A stretch of DNA of 64,000 bases from an uncultured bacterium (GTDB taxonomy: Bacteria > Chlamydiota > Chlamydiia > Chlamydiales > SM23-39): the NCBI GenBank assembly GCA_964626905.1, contig CAZVHA010000001.1:449803-513802 (forward strand), read 5' to 3'. How positions within the stretch are numbered: position 1 is the first letter of the stretch; every line of letters begins with the position of its first letter. Shown piece by piece: positions 56,614 through 64,000 of the stretch. Both the position numbers and the translations under genes were made by a program. The notes under the pieces are model-generated. The model did not search any database. It was not told the DNA's origin and saw only the letters and a program-made list of their open reading frames with translations.

Positions 56614-58406
56614 AGAACTCGTTTCAGTTCCTCCAATAATTTTTCAAAATGATCCAATGCAGAGTTGACCACATCGGGCTTTTTCATGTCCACTCCTGCA
56701 CCTTTCAAAAGATCGATCGGAAACTTACTCGCTCCCGAAGAGAGGAATTGGAGGTATTGGTTTTTTGCCAAATCGCTCTTCATCGACTGATCGAAAAGAG
56801 AAATCGCGGCGCTCAAACCGGTCGCATATTGGTAGACATAAAAATTGTAGTAAAAGTGGGGAATGCGGGCCCATTCGATCTCGAGCTCCGGATCGATGAC
56901 GAGATCAGGTCCATAGTAGTCCCGATTGAGCTTTCCATAATACTTTTTCAAAAGGCCCGGCGTCAAAGGAACTCCCTCTTCTGCCCACTTGTGCAATTGA
57001 AGCTCAAATTCGGCAAACATCGCCTGGCGATGGATGGTCGCTCGAATCCCCTCAATCTGGTAGTTGATTAAAAAGGCTTTTTCTTTTTCCGACTTCGCCT
57101 CTCTCTTCAAATGCCTTAGGAGGAGCTGCTCGTTGAAGGTGGAGGCCACTTCAGCGACAAAGATCGAATATTGGGAATAGATATAGGGCTGATGTAACCT
57201 GCTCAAGAGGCTGTGCATGCTGTGGCCCGCTTCATGGGCGAGCGTCAACACATCATTCAATGTGCCGTGATAGTTCATCAAAATATAGGGCATGCTGTCG
57301 TAACATCCCGAAGAATAGGCGCCCGAGCGCTTTCTCGTATTTTCATACACGTCGACCCAGCGCTCTTCTTGGAGCCCCTTTTTCAAAAGGGATTGATATT
57401 TTTCCCCGAGAGGGGCGACCGACGCAATCACCGCATCCCGCGCCTCATCATACCCCATTTTCGTCTCCACTTCCTCTACTAATGGGACGTAAAGATCGTA
57501 GGCGTGGATCTCGTCGAGTTTCATTGCCTTTTTTCGAAGCGCCACATATTGGTGCATGAGAGGGAGTCGCCCTCTCACAGAGGCGATCAAATTCTCATAG
57601 ACCGCCTTGTCGATTTGGTTGGGAAAAAGGGCCGCCTCTAAACAGCTGCCAAATTTTCTTGCGCGCGCGACGAAAAGATGGCTTTGCACTTGCCCTTGAA
57701 TCAATTCGCAAAGGGTGTTGGCGTACGCCTCATATCCTCGATGTAAATTTTCAAAAGCTGTCTTGCGCAAAACCCGATCCTTTTCCCTTAAGTAGGAGAG
57801 ATAACTTCCCGTTGTCAAAGGGAACTCTTTCCCTTGAGAATCGATCGCCGCTTTGAAGACGAGATCGGCGTTATTGAGCGCTCCAAAGGCCCGATAGGCA
57901 GTGTCGAGACTTTTGCCGCTGAGAGCCATCAGCTCCTCTTTCTCTTCCGAAAGAGTGTGAGGACGGAGGCGCCCCATTTTTTCTAAATGAAATCGATAGG
58001 GGCCCAAAGTGCTATCGGCAAGCAGCTTTTGAAATTGCTCCTCTTTCAAAGATAAAAATTCCGGCTCTATCCAAGAGGTCTCCAAACTAAATTCGTGAAT
58101 CAAAGTCGAAATGAGCCCAAAATCGCCCTTAAAATGGTCATTTCCCAAATCTTCATCGTGGCGCAAGTGAGCATAGGTGTGCAGTTTTTCGAGCCTCCTC
58201 TGCAAGTTCAGATAGGCGTCAAAAAGCCCAAGCGCTGCTTTCGGATCGTGAAGCTGCCCCTTATATTTGGCGAGCTCAGGCCACTTGGGGGCCGTCTCCC
58301 CTCCCTTGGCCCTCTTCAACTCCTCTTTCCACTGCTCGGGATTTCCATACAAAGCTTCCACATTCCACCGATCTTTGATCGGCACCTCATCTCGGAGAAC
58401 CACCAT
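56610..58406 (-). CDS. pepF: Oligoendopeptidase F
   Basis: KRSGAYS, HEAGHSMH, AEVAS, HFYYNFYVYQYA. Confidence 0.95.
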   Translation of the reverse strand: MVVLRDEVPIKDRWNVEALYGNPEQWKEELKRAKGGETAPKWPELAKYKGQLHDPKAALGLFDAYLNLQRRLEKLHTYAHLRHDEDLGNDHFKGDFGLISTLIHEFSLETSWIEPEFLSLKEEQFQKLLADSTLGPYRFHLEKMGRLRPHTLSEEKEELMALSGKSLDTAYRAFGALNNADLVFKAAIDSQGKEFPLTTGSYLSYLREKDRVLRKTAFENLHRGYEAYANTLCELIQGQVQSHLFVARARKFGSCLEAALFPNQIDKAVYENLIASVRGRLPLMHQYVALRKKAMKLDEIHAYDLYVPLVEEVETKMGYDEARDAVIASVAPLGEKYQSLLKKGLQEERWVDVYENTRKRSGAYSSGCYDSMPYILMNYHGTLNDVLTLAHEAGHSMHSLLSRLHQPYIYSQYSIFVAEVASTFNEQLLLRHLKREAKSEKEKAFLINYQIEGIRATIHRQAMFAEFELQLHKWAEEGVPLTPGLLKKYYGKLNRDYYGPDLVIDPELEIEWARIPHFYYNFYVYQYATGLSAAISLFDQSMKSDLAKNQYLQFLSSGASKFPIDLLKGAGVDMKKPDVVNSALDHFEKLLEELKRVL

Positions 58407-58477
58407 CTTTTCCTCGTTTTTTAAGTCTTTAATTTTCAGCATGTTAAAACAAAACCCTGGAACAAAAGCGGCCAAGG

Positions 58478-58504
58478 TTAGCAATCCTAATAATATTGTG
58501 CTAA
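58478..58504. promoter_or_regulatory. CIRCE (HrcA operator)
   Basis: TTAGCAATC-N9-TTGTGCTAA against consensus TTAGCACTC-N9-GAGTGCTAA, upstream of groES. Confidence 0.85.
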
Positions 58505-58510
58505 ATTGTG

Positions 58511-58539
58511 TTGCAAAAAATCTCATGGTCGGCTATATT
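58511..58539 (+). promoter_or_regulatory. groESL promoter
   Basis: TTGCAA-17 bp-TATATT. Confidence 0.7.
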
Positions 58540-58585
58540 CCTTGTTAGATTTAAGAATCTATTTACTACATAGGAGAAATAACTT

Positions 58586-61238
<2,653 letters not shown>

Positions 61239-61312
61239 ACGGCCCCACTTACTATTTTAATTTTTCCTATACAGAGATTTTCTTTTATTCACAAAGGGGA
61301 TATAATGCGATT

Positions 61313-61903
61313 ATGAAAACCCGCAGTGCAAAGTTCTATCATTGGGCGATTGACAAGGCCTCTTCGGAAAAGGCCCCCCTTTGGATTGCGCTGCTCTTTA
61401 GCCTTGAGTTGTTTCTCTTTGTTCCGCTCGATGCGGTAATGATGTTTTTTTGTCTGCAAAAGAGGAGAAACATAGTTCTTTACATTTTGATCACCACCAT
61501 TGCTTCGACCTTAAGTGGATTTCTCGGCTATTTACTGGGCCATTTTCTTTGGGATCTGGTTGGGGGATGGGTTGTGCCCCATTTGATCTCTTTTGCCTCA
61601 TTTGAGAAGATGTCGGGTCATATTCAGCATTATGAGAACTGGGCGGTATTTTTGGGCTCTTTGATCCCTTTTCCGCTCAAAATTTTGAGTGTGGTCTCTG
61701 GGGTTTTTCACTTAGGGATACCGGCGTTTATCACCTATTTGGCGACGGCGAGGCTCATTCGCTTTGCGCTGATTGGGGGTATGATGGCGATTTGGGGAGA
61801 GAGGGTGAAGCTCTTTGTCGACAAACACTTTCACAGAATTTTCATGATTTTAGGCGCCAAGATTGCGGCTGCAAGTGCACTCTTTTGGATCATAGCGAGA
61901 TAA
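61313..61903 (+). CDS. YqaA/DedA (VTT) family membrane protein
   Basis: FVPLD, STLSGFLGYLLG, PFPLKI, RLIRF. Confidence 0.85.
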   Translation: MKTRSAKFYHWAIDKASSEKAPLWIALLFSLELFLFVPLDAVMMFFCLQKRRNIVLYILITTIASTLSGFLGYLLGHFLWDLVGGWVVPHLISFASFEKMSGHIQHYENWAVFLGSLIPFPLKILSVVSGVFHLGIPAFITYLATARLIRFALIGGMMAIWGERVKLFVDKHFHRIFMILGAKIAAASALFWIIAR

Positions 61904-63466
61904 ATGGAAGAATCGATCGCTGATGCCGTTGCAAAACGGCGCACATTTGCCATTATCAGCCATCCCGATGCGGGGAAGACGACACTGACCGAAAAGCTGC
62001 TCCTCTATTCTGGGCAGATTCAGACGGCTGGCATGGTGAAGGGGCGCAAAGGGCGGAAATCGGCCACCTCAGATTGGATGGCGATGGAGCAAGAGCGGGG
62101 AATTTCGATCACCTCATCTGCGATGCAATTTTCCTACAAAAATACGATCATCAACGTTCTCGACACTCCGGGCCACGAGGACTTTTCGGAAGACACTTAT
62201 CGCACGTTGACGGCAGCCGATTGCGCCATCATGGTGATCGACGCTTCAAAAGGGGTGGAAAAGCAGACCCGAAAACTATTTGAAGTGTGCCATTTGAGAA
62301 AAATCCCGGTCCTCACCTTCATCAACAAGATGGATATGCCTGCAAGGGAACCGCTGGATCTCATGAACGAGGTAGAAAATGTCTTGCACATCCATTCATA
62401 CGCCTACAATTGGCCGATTGGGATGGGAAAAGAGTTTCGCGGGGTGATCGATCGGAATGCAAAAGAGTGCATTTTCTTCGAAAAGACCTCTATTGGCGGC
62501 GCGCAGAAAGCCAAAATGATGCGCAAACCACTCTCTGAAGGAGGGGGGCAAGTTTTGGAGGAGTTGGAGCTCCTCGATTTGGCGGGCAACGCCTTTGATC
62601 GGGACCGATTTTTGAAGGGGGAGGTGACACCCGTATTTTTCGCCTCAGCGCTCACCAATTTTGGGGTAGAGCCCTTTTTTGATGCGTTTATCGATTTGGC
62701 GCCGTCTCCTCATGCCCGGATTGCCGACCGGGCAGACGGGACAGAAATTTCGATCGATCCGATCCACACTCCCTTTAGTGGGTATGTGTTCAAATTGCAG
62801 GCGAATATGGACCGGCGCCATCGGGACAACATGGCGTTCATCCGGATCTGTTCGGGCAAATTTGAGCGGGACCTCGTGGTCAAACACCACCGCCTAAATC
62901 GAGAGATCCGGCTTTCACGCCCGCATGGGATGGTCGCAGGAGAGCGGACGACACTCGACGTTGGCTATCCGGGGGATGTGATTGGGGTGATCAATCCAGG
63001 GCTTTTTGCCATTGGCGATACGATTTCGATGATGGGGGGATTTAATTTCAAGCCGTTGCCCCAATTTCAGCCTGAAATTTTTGCAAGACTCTATCCCAAA
63101 GACGTGGGCAAGAGGAAGGCGTTTGACAAAGGAGTGATGCAGCTCACCGATGAGGGGGCAATTCAGCTCCTCCGTTCCTATGAAAGAGAGGGGGATCTGA
63201 TTTTTGCAGCCGTTGGAAAACTCCAATTTGAGGTGATGCAATACCGGCTCAAAGACGAATATGGAGTTGAGACAATTCTCACTCCCCTCCCCTTTCAATG
63301 TAGCGCGTGGATTCTCGGGGAGATCTCGAAATTTGAAAGAACATCGAGTTGCACCCTTGCCAAAGATCGCAATGAACGGCCGATGGCGCTCTTCACAACG
63401 CAGTGGGAAAAGCAATACTGTATGAAGCAAAATCCGAACTTCCAATTCATGGATGTTCTGGTGTAA
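61904..63466 (+). CDS. prfC: Peptide chain release factor 3
   Basis: RRTFAIISHPDAGKTT, DTPGHEDFSEDTYR, GKLQFEV. Confidence 0.97.
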   Translation: MEESIADAVAKRRTFAIISHPDAGKTTLTEKLLLYSGQIQTAGMVKGRKGRKSATSDWMAMEQERGISITSSAMQFSYKNTIINVLDTPGHEDFSEDTYRTLTAADCAIMVIDASKGVEKQTRKLFEVCHLRKIPVLTFINKMDMPAREPLDLMNEVENVLHIHSYAYNWPIGMGKEFRGVIDRNAKECIFFEKTSIGGAQKAKMMRKPLSEGGGQVLEELELLDLAGNAFDRDRFLKGEVTPVFFASALTNFGVEPFFDAFIDLAPSPHARIADRADGTEISIDPIHTPFSGYVFKLQANMDRRHRDNMAFIRICSGKFERDLVVKHHRLNREIRLSRPHGMVAGERTTLDVGYPGDVIGVINPGLFAIGDTISMMGGFNFKPLPQFQPEIFARLYPKDVGKRKAFDKGVMQLTDEGAIQLLRSYEREGDLIFAAVGKLQFEVMQYRLKDEYGVETILTPLPFQCSAWILGEISKFERTSSCTLAKDRNERPMALFTTQWEKQYCMKQNPNFQFMDVLV

Positions 63467-63516
63467 AAATCCCTTTTTTGATACCTTTTCCGCTCAACGA
63501 AAATAAAGGGGGATTT

Positions 63517-63822
63517 ATGAGTTTTTTTCCAAGTTGGAATGCTGTTAGTGTTAGGGAACGTTGGGATCAACTGACCACAGAGTCCGCTGTCGCTGCTGTG
63601 ATAGATAACGCTGTCAGAAAAGCCGCAGCCACTGCCCTGAAAACAAAAGATGCTGCTGCTGCGACGTTACACAAATTCACCGAAGGGTGTTCTGAGGCAG
63701 TCACTGTCTTCAGCCTAAGCCTATTTGCAGAGAGGGTTGTTGAGGAAGAGGGCCAAGGAAACGACGGAGTGCGGCCCGAAGGAGAAACCCCGGAAATGAA
63801 AGAACTAAAAAAGGAAGAGTAA
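63517..63822 (+). CDS. Hypothetical protein
   Basis: 101-aa ORF with GGGGGA RBS. Confidence 0.55.
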   Translation: MSFFPSWNAVSVRERWDQLTTESAVAAVIDNAVRKAAATALKTKDAAAATLHKFTEGCSEAVTVFSLSLFAERVVEEEGQGNDGVRPEGETPEMKELKKEE

Positions 63823-63824
63823 AC

Positions 63825-63958
63825 GGCATTGTTGCATAAATCACCGAAACCCCAACAAACTTAAGTAAATATTTTACCACCGAGCTCACCGAGAGCTCCG
63901 AGGCGCGAGAGACGCGCATTCTTCCCTTTTTCTCGGCGCGCTCGGTGTGCTCGGTGGT
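63825..63958. repeat. Palindromic element family A, copy 3 (divergent)
   Basis: GGCATTGTTGCATAAATC at 63825-63842; arms at 63876-63902 and 63932-63958; same loop layout as copy 2. Confidence 0.8.
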
Positions 63959-64000
63959 TATTAATTTTCTTACTGTCAATGACCTATATATATGCAGGAA

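Noticed and set aside
58406-58526. Signal-peptide-like extension on PepF in the ORF track
   Set aside because: It overlaps the CIRCE and groES promoter; a downstream ATG has a GAGG RBS
63710-63979. ORF reading ITTEHTERAE...SVSSVVK (also 14039-14272)
   Set aside because: Translation of the family A palindrome

Overview
Chromosomal segment of an environmental chlamydia (phylum Chlamydiota, not Chlamydiaceae). The evidence is chlamydial gene order: dcd-ruvB-spoIID; trxB/acpS; NTT-HEAT + cNMP gene next to acpP-fabG-fabD-fabH-recR-bamA-skp-lpxD; pdhABC; msbA-accA-ihf; pepF/groES/groEL. It is mostly housekeeping genes, plus an SRP RNA and a CIRCE operator. Notable accessory content: (1) an AT-rich island with three tandem eukaryote-like RING-H2 + multi-TM genes (candidate membrane E3 ligase effectors), whose RING ends are homogenised and whose middles are divergent; (2) at least four families of transposase-less structured elements: a 130-bp IS200/IS605-type mini-element with both ends intact (possible trans-acting TnpB guide RNA), a 356-bp MITE with a 9-bp TSD carrying a ~230-bp hairpin, a ~184-bp RPE-like palindrome family with one copy inserted in frame just after a start codon, and a 9-bp-period palindrome family preceded by IS903-like ends; (3) unusual proteins: an MsbA with a canonical EF-hand, an EarP-like glycosyltransferase, a tandem-SIS MurQ/GKRP-like protein and a heptosyltransferase. 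All calls were made by eye from motifs; no database searches were run.
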